Source of the DNA: Dehalococcoidia bacterium
GTDB taxonomy: Bacteria > Chloroflexota > Dehalococcoidia > SHYB01
Length of the DNA: 64,000 nt
Reading direction: 5' to 3'
NCBI GenBank assembly: GCA_965248515.1
Contig: CBDFJU010000003.1
Coordinates: forward strand, 975,254-1,039,253
The notes beneath the pieces were generated by a model. The model saw nothing but the letters and a program-made list of their open reading frames with translations. It had not been told where the DNA came from and did no database searches. Made by a program: the position numbers and the translations under genes. Shown here piece by piece: positions 50,410-61,104 of the stretch (position 1 is its first letter; each line of letters starts with the position of its first letter).

Positions 50410-51999
50410 ATGGCGGCCACCGAGCTTTACGACACGACGCTTCGCGACGGCACTCAGGCCGTCGGTATTTCTCTATCCGTCGAGGACAAGCTGCGCATCG
50501 CCGAGAAGCTCGATGGCCTCGGCATCAAATACATCGAAGGCGGCTGGCCCGGCTCCAACCCGAAAGATGCTGAGTTCTTCGAGCGCGCCAAGGACCTCGA
50601 CCTCAAGCACGCCGCCATCGTCGCCTTCTCCAGCACGCGAAGGGCTGGCGGACAGGTGGAAACGGACCCCAACATCGTCGCCCTCCTCGACTCCGGGGCG
50701 CCGGTTGTCACCCTCGTCGGCAAAAGCTGGGACCTTCACGTGAAAAACGTCCTCGAGACCAGCCTCGAGGAAAACCTGAACATGATCGCCGACTCCATCT
50801 CGTATCTGAAATCGAAGGGCCTGTCCGTCATCTACGATGCCGAGCACTTCTTCGATGGCTATAAGGCCGACCCGGAATACGCATTGCAGACGGTCAAAGT
50901 CGCGAGCAAGGCCGGGGCCGAGTGCATCGTCCTTTGTGACACGAACGGCGGCTCACTGCCCGCCGAGGTGACCGCCATCGTCGAAACCGTTGCCGGAGCG
51001 GTGGATACACCTCTGGGGATCCATGCCCACAATGACGGTGATCTGGCGGTGGCCAATAGTCTCGCGGCTGTGGCCGGAGGCGTTGTCCAGGTGCAGGGCA
51101 CAATCAACGGGATCGGTGAGCGCTGCGGCAACGCCAACCTGGTGTCCGTTATCGCCAACCTCAAGCTCAAACAGGGGATCGACTGCGTCAGTGACGAGCA
51201 ACTCGCCAACTTGAAGGACGTCGCCAGCTTCGTCGGCGAGCGCGCCAACCAGTCCCCTAACCCCTATCAGCCCTTCGTTGGCGACAATGCGTTCAGCCAC
51301 AAGGCCGGACTGCACGCCTCGGCGATGGCCAAGGACGAGCAGAGCTATCAGCACATCGATCCCACGAAGGTGGGGAACGTCAAGAGCGTGGTCGTCTCCG
51401 AGCTGTCGGGACGAAGCAACGTCCTTGCCAAGGCCAAGGAGATAGGAATCGACCTTTCGGCGCAAAAGGACGTGACGAAGCGCGTGGTCGACGAGATAAA
51501 GGATCTCGAAAGCCGCGGTTACGTCTTCGAAGGCGCCGAAGCCTCGTTCGCGCTGCTGTTGCGCCGGGCCATGCCCGGGTACAAGGCTCCCTTCGACCTG
51601 GTCGACTTCATGGTCGTCGCCGAGCGCCGCCGCCGCTCATCGACCCGCAACGACAGCGACGAGTCCCTCGCCGAGGCCATGGTCAAGGTGCGGGTCGACG
51701 GGGTCCTGATGCATACCGCCGCCGAGGGCGACGGCCCCGTCAACGCCCTGGACCAGGCGCTGCGCCGGGCCCTCGTCCAGTTCTATCCGAACCTCTCAGC
51801 CGTGAGGCTCACGGACTACAAGGTGCGAATCGTCGACGAGACGGCCGGCACCGAGGCTGCCGTTCGGGTCCTCATCGACTCCTCGGACCATGAGCGTCAC
51901 TGGAGCACGGTCGGCGCTTCCACCAACGTCATCGATGCGAGCTGGTTCGCCCTGGCCGACAGTCTCGAGTACTGGCTCATTAGCCAGCCGGACGCGTAG
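50410..51999 (+). CDS. cimA: (R)-citramalate synthase / LeuA-family HMGL-like enzyme.
   Basis: LYDTTLRDGTQ, LeuA_dimer C-terminal domain. Product inferred from the family, not assayed. Listed ORF starts at 50392 (GTG). Confidence 0.7.
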   Translation: MAATELYDTTLRDGTQAVGISLSVEDKLRIAEKLDGLGIKYIEGGWPGSNPKDAEFFERAKDLDLKHAAIVAFSSTRRAGGQVETDPNIVALLDSGAPVVTLVGKSWDLHVKNVLETSLEENLNMIADSISYLKSKGLSVIYDAEHFFDGYKADPEYALQTVKVASKAGAECIVLCDTNGGSLPAEVTAIVETVAGAVDTPLGIHAHNDGDLAVANSLAAVAGGVVQVQGTINGIGERCGNANLVSVIANLKLKQGIDCVSDEQLANLKDVASFVGERANQSPNPYQPFVGDNAFSHKAGLHASAMAKDEQSYQHIDPTKVGNVKSVVVSELSGRSNVLAKAKEIGIDLSAQKDVTKRVVDEIKDLESRGYVFEGAEASFALLLRRAMPGYKAPFDLVDFMVVAERRRRSSTRNDSDESLAEAMVKVRVDGVLMHTAAEGDGPVNALDQALRRALVQFYPNLSAVRLTDYKVRIVDETAGTEAAVRVLIDSSDHERHWSTVGASTNVIDASWFALADSLEYWLISQPDA

Positions 52000-52093
52000 T
52001 ACGGGCCGACCACCCCGGTTGGTACAGATGCCCCCTCGTAACCCCTGCTCTCCCCCGGTAAGCTTGGAGAGAAAGGTTCGAGGAGGCGACCCG

Positions 52094-52405
52094 ATGTTTG
52101 GAGCGATACCCGGACAGTTCATCTTCCCACTGATTATCCTGGGGGCAGGCATTTTCTTCTGGAAGATCATCCCGCCGCCATGGCGGGCATGGGCCATCGC
52201 GTCGTGGGTCGGGGGCCTGGGACTGGGCCTGGTAGCCCTGGTCTGGGCGGTAGCTCAGGCCTTTGGCGGAGGCCGCGGCGACGACAATGCGCCTGTAGCT
52301 CTAGCCCTCGTGGCGGCTGGGATGGTCGTCTGGCCGTGGCTGTTCGTCCTGGTCCGCGGGGTCATCTGGGCGGCGCGGAAGCTTCAGGAAGCCTCGAGTC
52401 GCTAG
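52094..52405 (+). CDS. Small hypothetical membrane protein.
   Basis: GAGGAGG RBS, three hydrophobic helices. Confidence 0.45.
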   Translation: MFGAIPGQFIFPLIILGAGIFFWKIIPPPWRAWAIASWVGGLGLGLVALVWAVAQAFGGGRGDDNAPVALALVAAGMVVWPWLFVLVRGVIWAARKLQEASSR

Positions 52406-52827
52406 TCCTTGACCTCGAGCGCCGCGTCTTCGACCTGCTCGTCGGCGATTCGAAAGGCCCGCAACACAGGGTCCGCCGGTTTGGCGAGGGACACGATTAC
52501 ATAGAGGAATTCGAACCAGTCCGAGGGCGGTGCCAGCTTGATGTCCGTCACCGAGGGGTACGCCTCGCTGAACGTGTGTGAGTGGTAGAACCCGAGGACG
52601 CTCATGCCGGCCTCGTCCGTCTCCCGGAAGATGCGGCTCATGTCCTGGGGATCGATCGTGTACTTCACCGGGCTTTGGTCGACGTTGTTCGCGCGATAGA
52701 CCCGCTCCACCCTGGTCTCACTTCCGGCGAGGATGCCGCAGCATTCGTTCGGGGCTTCGGCACGGGAGTGGTCGATCATCTCGTCGACCTGTGTTTTCGT
52801 GAGCTCCAGTTTGCGCATTGGGTCCAT
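52402..52827 (-). CDS. JAMM/Mov34/MPN metalloprotease (Mec+/QbsD-like).
   Basis: E..CGIL...FYHSHTFSEAYPSVTD matches E-x(n)-HxH-x7-S-xxD exactly. Confidence 0.75.
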   Translation of the reverse strand: MDPMRKLELTKTQVDEMIDHSRAEAPNECCGILAGSETRVERVYRANNVDQSPVKYTIDPQDMSRIFRETDEAGMSVLGFYHSHTFSEAYPSVTDIKLAPPSDWFEFLYVIVSLAKPADPVLRAFRIADEQVEDAALEVKD

Positions 52828-52906
52828 TCTAGGCGGCGTCGACGGTGTTGCAATACAAACGCCCCGTCGAAGGGGCGCATGGGTGGCTTGGCGGTCGCGC
52901 TGAACG

Positions 52907-53959
52907 CTACTCTTGCACGGTGATCTTTACCGGCGTGCCGTCAACGACCTCTCCCACGATGACCGGGCTCTCGACTCCGCTTCGTTTCATCTCCTCGATG
53001 AGAGCCTCGGCCTTGCCGGCGTCGACGGAAACGAGCAGGCCCCCGGAGGTTTGCGGGTCATACAAAACCCGATAGGCCTCGGGATGGACTCCGGGTGTCC
53101 AGCTTACTGCTTCGTCATAATACGTCCGGTTGCGCTTCGTCCCGCTGGGCGACAGGCCTCGCTCCGCGGTCAGCTCCCATGCCCCGGCCATTATCGGAGC
53201 CTGCGAGAAGAAAACGCGCGCGGAGGCGTTGCTCGCGTGGAGCATGCCATGAAGGTGACCGAGAAGTCCGAAGCCGGTCACGTCGGTACAGGCGTTGACG
53301 CCCACCCGAACGCTCGCCTCGGAGGCGGCCCGGTTGAGCGTTGCCATGTGGCGCACGGCTTCGTCGAGCACGTCCGCTGGCGCCTCGTCGATCTTCCCCG
53401 CGGTGGTAACGATCCCAGAGCCGAGAGGCTTGGTCAGCACCAGCATGTCGCCGGGCCGCGCACCCGCGTTGGTGAGCTGTTCTCCGGGACGCAGAACCCC
53501 GGTGGCCGCGAGCCCGTACTTCGGCTCGGCGTCGACAATGGTGTGGCCGCCCACAATGACCGCGCCGGCCTCGTGAACCTTGTCTGAGCCGCCCCGCAAA
53601 ATCTCCTTCAGGATCCCCTTCGGCAGGTCGTCCGGGAAGGCGACGATGTTGAGCGCAGTCAGAGGCCGCGCGCCGGTGGCATAGATGTCGCTCAGCGAGT
53701 TGGCGGCGGAGATGAGCCCATACGTGTATGGGTCGTCGACGACCGGTGGGAAGAAGTCCACGGTCTGGACCAACGCCACGTCTTCACTGAGGCGGTAGAC
53801 CGCTGCGTCGTCTCCGGTCTCGATTCCGACCAGCAAGTTAGGGTCAACTGTCTTCGGCAGTTGACTCAGCAAGTCGCTCAGGTCCCCCGGACCGAATTTA
53901 GCGCCTCAGCCGCCTGAGTGGGCTAACGACGTGAGCCGTATGCGTTGCTCAGTGGTCAT
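52907..53959 (-). CDS. selD: Selenide, water dikinase (selenophosphate synthetase). Sec-containing: TGA at 53908-53906 read as Sec.
   Basis: The listed ORF (52907-53872) lacks the N-terminus. In-frame upstream: ATG at 53959, then MTTEQRIRLTSLAHSGG-U-GAKFGPGDLSDLL..., giving the SelD active-site Sec/Cys position. A hairpin GGTCCGGGGGACC follows the UGA. Confidence 0.8.
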
Positions 53960-54313
53960 TTGTCGCCTGCGTTCTCTCCCTCGGACATGAACCCGGACAT
54001 GAAACGGTCGATTCCTCGCCGCTGCTGAGATTATAAACGATTTCTATGCGGCGTATCACGATCCGCTATGCCATCTTGCCGGTCGCTGGGGTACACGTCA
54101 TTCGATGCGTTGGGTTGAGGGAGGATTCATGCACGATACCGAGGTTAGGAATCGAGGTTCTGCTGGGCGTCAACGTACCCTGTACATTCATCGAATTTCC
54201 CCTTGACACCCGCCGATTGTGAAGGTATTCTCAAAGCGCGATTCACAGGGTAGAGCCCTCCGTTCCACGGTAGTAGCGACGCAACCCGTCCCGGCGGCTT
54301 TCCAGGAGGAGTC

Positions 54314-54619
54314 TTGGGAGACCCTGAAGCCCTCAATCACCTCGATTGGCGTGCCACCAGCATCGCGCTGCGATGGATCTGGTTGATCCTTATCTTTGCT
54401 CTTGGATTCTCGACGCACATGGTCTTGGCCAAGGCGATCATCCCTTCCCTGATCGATTCGGGTCACGTGCCCGACGGGCTCAGGGAACGGGCCCGCAAGC
54501 TCCGCATGCCGCTCTACATCTCCGCTGTGATGATCGTCGGTGCCATCGCGTTCTTCCTGTTCGAGGCAACCGACGCCGCCCACGAGATCCGTCGCTTCTT
54601 TCCTCGAAACTGGATTTAG
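54314..54619 (+). CDS. Small hypothetical membrane protein upstream of the ACIII operon.
   Basis: AGGAGG RBS and TTG start. Two hydrophobic helices. Confidence 0.4.
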   Translation: MGDPEALNHLDWRATSIALRWIWLILIFALGFSTHMVLAKAIIPSLIDSGHVPDGLRERARKLRMPLYISAVMIVGAIAFFLFEATDAAHEIRRFFPRNWI

Positions 54620-54677
54620 CATGTCGAGATGACCAGTTCCATCGTGACATCCTTCCGCGCAGAGTCCGGGGTTCCCG

Positions 54678-55322
54678 TTGCCTAAAGTCCCGCTGATCGT
54701 CAAGCTCGCGGCGCCCCTGGTTGGGCTTCTGGTCACGGTCGTGGTTGTCGTCGTGGGCGTCGGCGTTTTGAAGGCCTGGTGGAGCACTCCCTTCGGTCCC
54801 GTCACCGTCAACGCGACACAGCCCATCGAGTTTCCCCACGACCTCCACGTCGGCGAGAACGCGCAGATCGACTGCCAGTTCTGTCATCGAACGGTCACGC
54901 AGGGTGAGGCTGCGAGCCTCCCGGCCGTGCAGCAGTGCTACTTCTGTCATCGCGTGATCAGGCCCGATTCCCCCGAGGTGCAGAAGATCATTCACGCCTG
55001 GGAGAACGACGAGCCCATCAACTGGGTGCGGGTCCATCGCCTTCCCGACCACGTCCAGTTCGTACACGACGCCCACGTCAAGTTCTTCGCCGAGCAGAAC
55101 GACGTCGCGCCGTCGCAAGTGTGCTCCATCTGTCATGGCGATCTTGGCACCATGAAGATCGCGGAGCAGGTCCGTAACCTGAAGATGCGCGACTGCGTCG
55201 ACTGCCACCGCGGCGGCTACTTTAACTATTTGACGGAAGAGGCTGAACGGGAGATTCGCCTCGCTGTCGAGACTGGACAGCGGCGGCCTCCACCCACGGA
55301 CTGCGCGGCCTGTCACTACTAG
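54678..55322 (+). CDS. actA: Alternative Complex III pentaheme cytochrome c subunit.
   Basis: Five CxxCH motifs (CQFCH, CYFCH, CSICH, CVDCH, CAACH) after an N-terminal TM anchor. Confidence 0.8.
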   Translation: MPKVPLIVKLAAPLVGLLVTVVVVVVGVGVLKAWWSTPFGPVTVNATQPIEFPHDLHVGENAQIDCQFCHRTVTQGEAASLPAVQQCYFCHRVIRPDSPEVQKIIHAWENDEPINWVRVHRLPDHVQFVHDAHVKFFAEQNDVAPSQVCSICHGDLGTMKIAEQVRNLKMRDCVDCHRGGYFNYLTEEAEREIRLAVETGQRRPPPTDCAACHY

Positions 55323-55337
55323 GAGCTTCTAGGCACG

Positions 55338-57560
55338 ATGTCCTTCTCACGCAGACAATTCCTCAAGCTGGTAGGAGGTACGACTGCCGGGGCGGCGGTC
55401 CTCGCCGCATGCCGCCCCGCCGTTAGCGAGTTCATCCAGCAGAGCCCGCATACGCTCCCCGAAGACCTGGTGACCGGCGTCGACAACTGGTATGCGACCC
55501 TGTGCCGGGAGTGCTCCGCTGGCTGCGGCGTCGTGGTGCGGATCATCGAGGGCCGGGCCAAGAAGATCGAAGGCAACCCCCTCCACCCAATCAGTCGGGG
55601 CAAGCTCTGCGCGCGGGGGCAGTCCCCGGTGCAGGCCGTCTACCATCCCGATCGCATCCGCCGTCCGATGCGGCCCGAGGGCGGTCGCGGCTCCCGTCGT
55701 TACCGCGAGATCGGCTGGGACGAAGCGCTCGACGAGCTGGTGCGAAATCTCGATGGGCTGCGGGGCAGCGGCGCGGTCACGCTCATTACCGACCCGGTTG
55801 CCGGGCATCTCGGTGGGCTGGTCTCCACCTTCTCGCAAAGCTACGGCGCGCGCCACGTGCCCTACGAACCCATGGACCAGGCCGCGCTTCGGATGGCCAT
55901 GAACAGAGTCTTCGGCCAAGACCGGATCCCCGAGTTCGACATTCAGAACACCAACTACCTCCTATCGTTCGGCGCCGATTTCCTCGGTGGCTGGCTCTCC
56001 CAGGTCCGGCACTCTCGAGGCTACGGGGAGTTTCGTCAGGGCGACCGGGAGCGCGGGACCTTCGTCCAGGTCGACACCCGCTTCTCGACCACCGCGGCTA
56101 ACGCCGACACCTGGGTGCCCGTGAAGCCCGGGGCCGAGGGCAAGCTGGCGGCAAGCATGGCCCAGGTGATCATTACCGAGGGCCTCGGCCGAGCAGCTTC
56201 GTTGCGGGTAGCCGCGGGGGACCTCGAGGCATTCAGCCCGGAACGGGTCGCCGACGCCACCGGCGTCAGCGCCGACCGCATCCGGGAGCTGGCCCGGGCC
56301 TTCGCCGACGATCACAACCAGCCTGCCCTCGCCATCGGCGGCGGATCTGCCGGCGCCTACACCAACGGCTCGTTCAACCTGGCCGCTATCTATGCCCTCA
56401 ACCATCTTGTGGGGAGCGTCGGCAGTCCCGGCGGTATCATCTTCAATCCGGCCCCGCCGTCCGGCGGTCTCCCGGTCGCGGGCAGCGAGAGCATGCCGTT
56501 CAGCGGCTGGAACCGCGAAGTGGCGCGGATGCGCGAGGGCGCGGTCAGCGCCGTCCTCGTCCGCAACGCCGACCCGGTTTTCGGCTCGCCGGCGAGTCTC
56601 GACGTCGAGGGCGCCCTCGGGCGCGTCGGGTTCATAGCCAGCTTTTCGAGCTTCCTCGACGATACGACCCTGATGGCCGACCTGGTGCTGCCAACCAGCC
56701 TGCCGCTCGAAGACTGGGGCGATCTGCCGCCCGACCCGGGCCCCGGGTTTCAGGCCGTCGGGCTTCAGCAGCCCGTCGTGCGGCCCTTCCACGACACCCG
56801 CGGCTTCGGCGACGTCATCCTGGCGGTGGCCCAGGACCTGGGCCTCGAGAGTGACCTCCCCTGGACGAGCTTCCGCGATGTGCTTCGCGATGGCGCCCAG
56901 CGCCTGCACCAGCTGAATCGGGGCTCGGTCTCCGGCGCCACGTTCGAGGAGTTCTGGAACGACCTCCTACGGCAAGGGGGCTGGTGGGACGAGGCCCAGG
57001 TCTCCTCCGACCGCATCGCCCTGCCCGAGTTCCCGGTCATCGTGCCTGACGCGGAGTTTGCCGGCTCGCCCGCCGACTACCCCTTCACCCTCGTGCCCTT
57101 CCAATCGATCTCTCTGGGCGACGGACGTGGCGCCCACCTCCCATGGATGCAGGCCACCCCGGACCCCATCACCACGACGACCTGGGAGACCTGGGTCGAA
57201 GTGAACAGCCGTGTGGCCGACGATCAGGGCCTCAAGGAAGGCGATGTCGTCGCAATCGAATCGCCGACTGGGACCATCCAGGCGGCGGTCTATCCCAATC
57301 CCGCCGCCCCGCCCGACGTCCTCGGCATCCCGGTGGGCCAGGGACACCGCGCCTTCGGGCGCTACGCGGAGGGCCGCGGCTCCAACCCGCTCGATATCGT
57401 CGATCCGCGAACGGATGAGCAGTCGGGAGGCCTTGCCTGGGCCGCGACCCGCGTCCGAATGCGGCCCATCGGCCAGCGTATTCGCATACCGAAGATGGAA
57501 AACTCGGTCCTGGCCATCGACTTTGACCGATCGGTAGCCCAGATCACCAACGAAGGATAA
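55338..57560 (+). CDS. actB: ACIII ActB N-terminal-type subunit (molybdopterin-oxidoreductase-like, Tat signal).
   Basis: Twin-arginine signal SRRQFLKLVGGTTAGAAVLAA. N-terminal Cys cluster CRECSAGCG...C. Confidence 0.8.
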   Translation: MSFSRRQFLKLVGGTTAGAAVLAACRPAVSEFIQQSPHTLPEDLVTGVDNWYATLCRECSAGCGVVVRIIEGRAKKIEGNPLHPISRGKLCARGQSPVQAVYHPDRIRRPMRPEGGRGSRRYREIGWDEALDELVRNLDGLRGSGAVTLITDPVAGHLGGLVSTFSQSYGARHVPYEPMDQAALRMAMNRVFGQDRIPEFDIQNTNYLLSFGADFLGGWLSQVRHSRGYGEFRQGDRERGTFVQVDTRFSTTAANADTWVPVKPGAEGKLAASMAQVIITEGLGRAASLRVAAGDLEAFSPERVADATGVSADRIRELARAFADDHNQPALAIGGGSAGAYTNGSFNLAAIYALNHLVGSVGSPGGIIFNPAPPSGGLPVAGSESMPFSGWNREVARMREGAVSAVLVRNADPVFGSPASLDVEGALGRVGFIASFSSFLDDTTLMADLVLPTSLPLEDWGDLPPDPGPGFQAVGLQQPVVRPFHDTRGFGDVILAVAQDLGLESDLPWTSFRDVLRDGAQRLHQLNRGSVSGATFEEFWNDLLRQGGWWDEAQVSSDRIALPEFPVIVPDAEFAGSPADYPFTLVPFQSISLGDGRGAHLPWMQATPDPITTTTWETWVEVNSRVADDQGLKEGDVVAIESPTGTIQAAVYPNPAAPPDVLGIPVGQGHRAFGRYAEGRGSNPLDIVDPRTDEQSGGLAWAATRVRMRPIGQRIRIPKMENSVLAIDFDRSVAQITNEG

Positions 57561-57583
57561 CTGGAGAAGACGGGGAGAACGGC

Positions 57584-58318
57584 ATGACAACGCAGCGAGC
57601 AGAGCAGCCCAAGTGGGGCCTCGCGATAGACGGCGATCGGTGTACCGGTTGCCAGGCCTGTGTCGTTGCCTGCCAGGCCGAGAACAACCTCCCCATCAAC
57701 GACGCGGACCTCTTCCGCGAAAAGCGGGCGTTCGAATGGATTCGCGTCGAGCGCTATTGGGAGGGCGAATACCCCAACGTCAAGGCCCGGTTCCTGCCCA
57801 TGCTCTGCCAGCAGTGCGACAACGCTCCCTGTGAGCCCGTCTGCCCTGTCTTCGCTACCTACCACAACAACCAGGGGCTCAACGTCCAGGTCTACAACCG
57901 CTGCATTGGGACTCGATACTGCGCCAACAACTGTCCCTATAACGTCCGCTTCTTCAACTTCTGGGAGCCCTCGTGGCCCGCGAGCCTGCGCAACCAGCTC
58001 AACCCGGACGTGACGGTGCGCAGCCGTGGCATCATGGAAAAGTGCACGTTCTGCGTGCAGCGCATTCGCCGGGCCGAGAAGACAGCCAAGTTCGAGTTGA
58101 GGGTCCTGGCAGACGGCGAGCTCCAGACCGCTTGCGCCCAGGCCTGCCCCACCGACGCGCTCGTCTTCGGCAACCTCAAGGACCCGGCGAGCAAGGTTTC
58201 CAAGCTTTCCAAGGACCGGCGTCACTACCGCGTTCTCGAGGAGCAGGGGACCGAGCCCAGCGTGTTCTATCTCAAGCGTGTCGACAAGACCGCCGCAGAC
58301 GACGGGGGCCATGAGTAG
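57584..58318 (+). CDS. ACIII ActB C-terminal-type 4Fe-4S ferredoxin subunit, encoded separately here.
   Basis: Multiple CxxCxxCxxxCP motifs (CTGCQACVVACQAEN, CQQCDNAPCEPVCP...). Confidence 0.8.
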   Translation: MTTQRAEQPKWGLAIDGDRCTGCQACVVACQAENNLPINDADLFREKRAFEWIRVERYWEGEYPNVKARFLPMLCQQCDNAPCEPVCPVFATYHNNQGLNVQVYNRCIGTRYCANNCPYNVRFFNFWEPSWPASLRNQLNPDVTVRSRGIMEKCTFCVQRIRRAEKTAKFELRVLADGELQTACAQACPTDALVFGNLKDPASKVSKLSKDRRHYRVLEEQGTEPSVFYLKRVDKTAADDGGHE

Positions 58319-59690
58319 CCACTACGAGCCCCAGATCATTACCGAGACCCCGCAAGAGGTCAATCGGCAAATTCTGGAACAGACCAAGCGCTGGGGGAAG
58401 AATTTCAAGCTCGCCCTCGCGTTTATGGGCGTGTTGTTCCTGCTTGGCATCATTGGCTTCATCATCCGCCTCACGGACGGTTTGGACGACTTCACGCCGT
58501 GGGGCTACTTCATGGCGACCTACGCTTTTCTTCTGACCACGGCGTCCTCGGCCCCCATCGTCTCCATCACCCAGAGAATGGTGCGGAGCCACTGGCGGCG
58601 ACCGATGGCCCGTGCCTCCGAGACCTTCGCTGTCGTCGGCGTGCTCAGCACGCTGATGTTCATCCCGCTCATACTGCTGCTCCCCTCCGCGGATGGGCGG
58701 CGCAGCATTTGGTTCGAGTGGCCGGGAACGCCGCTCTTTACCGATCTCCTGGCGGTCGTCTTCCTCGCCGTTCTGGGGCTCATGCTCCTGTGGGTGGCAT
58801 CGATCCCCGATCTGGCGGCGCGGCGGGACCACGACAGCACCACGCCCCGGTGGGTCAGCCGCCTGGCCATGGAGTGGCGCGGGACAACCCGCCAGTGGAA
58901 CGTCCTTCGCGGCGCGCTGATGATCATGGGCGCGATGTACTTCCTGTTCCTGGTCTACGTGCACACCATCATCGCCGCCGACTTCGCCGAGGCGCTGGTG
59001 CCCGGCTGGAAAGACGCCATCCTCCCCACCTACCACGCCCTGAGCGGCCTGCAGAGCGCCTTTGCCTCGACCATCCTGGCCACGTTCCTGCTCTACAAGT
59101 TCGGCGGGTTCAAGGACTTCATCAGCAAGGACCAGTTCTGGGCCGCGGGCAAGATCATGTTCGCGCTATCGCTCCTCTGGGCCTACTTCTGGATGTCGGG
59201 CTTCATCGTCTACTGGTACGGCCGGCAGCCCGCCGAGCAGACCATCCTCCGCTATCTGATGTTCGATGCCTATATCGTGCCCTTCATCATCACCGTATTC
59301 CTCAACTTCCTCGTGCCCTTCCTGGTGCTGTTATGGAACTTCGCGCGGAAGTCCATTCTCGGGCCGACCATCGTCGCCGTTTCCATCCTGATCGGCACGC
59401 TCTTCGACAGGATCAGACTCTATGTCGCGTCCTTCTCGGCCGCGGATAAGACGGACTCGCTGGATACGCTTCACCCGGAGCCCCTGTCCGAGGTGCTGCC
59501 CGCCGTGATGCCGGGCGGGCCCGATGTGCTGATCGTCATCGGAGGAATTGCCGGCGCCATCTTTCTCTACATGCTTGCGACAAAGATCATCCCCCCCGTG
59601 TCGATCTGGGAGATCACCGAAGGGATGCTCTACCGCAAGAAGAAGACGTTCCTGAAGCGGACCATCATGGTCATGGGCAAGCCGGAATAG
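58311..59690 (+). CDS. ACIII NrfD/PsrC-family membrane subunit (ActC/ActF-type), first copy.
   Basis: Polytopic membrane protein. The ATG at 58311 overlaps the upstream stop (ATGAGTAG). Listed ORF starts at 58278. Confidence 0.7.
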   Translation: MSSHYEPQIITETPQEVNRQILEQTKRWGKNFKLALAFMGVLFLLGIIGFIIRLTDGLDDFTPWGYFMATYAFLLTTASSAPIVSITQRMVRSHWRRPMARASETFAVVGVLSTLMFIPLILLLPSADGRRSIWFEWPGTPLFTDLLAVVFLAVLGLMLLWVASIPDLAARRDHDSTTPRWVSRLAMEWRGTTRQWNVLRGALMIMGAMYFLFLVYVHTIIAADFAEALVPGWKDAILPTYHALSGLQSAFASTILATFLLYKFGGFKDFISKDQFWAAGKIMFALSLLWAYFWMSGFIVYWYGRQPAEQTILRYLMFDAYIVPFIITVFLNFLVPFLVLLWNFARKSILGPTIVAVSILIGTLFDRIRLYVASFSAADKTDSLDTLHPEPLSEVLPAVMPGGPDVLIVIGGIAGAIFLYMLATKIIPPVSIWEITEGMLYRKKKTFLKRTIMVMGKPE

Positions 59691-59691
59691 C

Positions 59692-61086
59692 ATGCAAGAC
59701 CAACTCATAGTCGGGGCCAATGCCCAAGAGGTCGACGAGAAGATCAACCGCGATCTTATCGGGAGCGTCCTCACTACCCCGCCGCGATTCTGGGTCATCG
59801 TCGGCTTTCTCGCGCTTGTGGTCGCCATGTCCGCGGGCGCTGCGGGCTACATGATCAACCAGGGCCTGGGGGTTACCGGGCTCCATCGGCCGGTGATGTG
59901 GGGCTTCTTCATCACCAACTTCGTCTTCTGGGTCGGGATCAGCCACGCGGGTGTGATGCTGTCGGCGATTCTGAGGCTGGCCCAGGCCGAGTGGCGAAGG
60001 CCGGCGACCCGCGCCGCGGAGGTCGTGACCGTCTTCTCGCTCATGACTGCGCTGCTGATGCCCATCCTGCACACCGGGCGTCCATGGCGGACGTTGTACT
60101 GGGCGTTCCCGTACGACTTCGCCCGAGGTATCTGGCCGAACGTGCGGTCGCCCCTCGTCTGGGACCCCACGGCCATCAACACCTACCTGACCTCGAGCAT
60201 CCTCTTCGTCTATGTCGCCCTCATTCCCGACTTCGCCGTGGCCCGCGACAGGACCACCGGCATCCGCCACACGATCTACAGCGTGTTGGCCCTCGGGTGG
60301 CGCGGCTACCCGCGCCAGTGGCGCCTCCAGATGATCGCCGGGATACTGCTCTCGGCACTCATCCTCCCGGTGTTTGTCTCGGTCCATAGCATCGTGTCCT
60401 GGGACTTCGCCGTGGCCCAGTCTGTCGAAGGGTGGCACTCTACTATCTTCGCCCCCTACTTCGTCATCGGGGCCGTTCACTCGGGAGTCTCGGCGGTCGT
60501 GACGGTGCTGATCATCCTCCGCTACCTGTTCAATTGGGGGGACTACATCACAAGGGACACACTGGACTCCCTGGGGCGGCTCCTCATCGTTGTAGCCACC
60601 GCCTGGTTCTATTTCTTCACCATGGAGGTCCTGTTCGGTCTCTTCACGCTGGAGACACCGGAGATTGGCCTGCGGACCTTGCAGATATTCCAGTGGCCCT
60701 ATGCGATGCTCTTTATCACCTTCATCATCGCCGCCTATTTCTTCCCAGTACCGCTGTGGCTATTCCGTAACGTGCGGAGAAGCTTCAAGTGGATGTTCAT
60801 CACCACCGTGGCGGTGAACATCGGTATGTGGCTGGAACGCTTCTTGATCGTCGTGCCGGGGCTTGCGCGGAAGTCGCCCCTGACCTTCAACTGGAGCACG
60901 TATCATCCGAGCATCATCGAAATACTCATCGTCATCGGCACCTTTGCCTTCGTCAGTATGATGATCCTGCTGTTCTCCAGAGTCGCTCCGCTTATACCCA
61001 TCTACGACGTCAAAGAAGGGCAGATCCTGAAGGACACTATCAAGATCGGCAAAGTCGAAGTCCCCGCTGTGATGCGAGAAGAATGA
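59692..61086 (+). CDS. actC: ACIII NrfD/PsrC-family membrane subunit (ActC-type), second copy.
   Basis: TNFVFWVGISHAG motif typical of the NrfD/PsrC/ActC family. ~10 TM. Confidence 0.75.
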   Translation: MQDQLIVGANAQEVDEKINRDLIGSVLTTPPRFWVIVGFLALVVAMSAGAAGYMINQGLGVTGLHRPVMWGFFITNFVFWVGISHAGVMLSAILRLAQAEWRRPATRAAEVVTVFSLMTALLMPILHTGRPWRTLYWAFPYDFARGIWPNVRSPLVWDPTAINTYLTSSILFVYVALIPDFAVARDRTTGIRHTIYSVLALGWRGYPRQWRLQMIAGILLSALILPVFVSVHSIVSWDFAVAQSVEGWHSTIFAPYFVIGAVHSGVSAVVTVLIILRYLFNWGDYITRDTLDSLGRLLIVVATAWFYFFTMEVLFGLFTLETPEIGLRTLQIFQWPYAMLFITFIIAAYFFPVPLWLFRNVRRSFKWMFITTVAVNIGMWLERFLIVVPGLARKSPLTFNWSTYHPSIIEILIVIGTFAFVSMMILLFSRVAPLIPIYDVKEGQILKDTIKIGKVEVPAVMREE

Positions 61087-61104
61087 TCGGTAGAGGGGTG
61101 AGTT

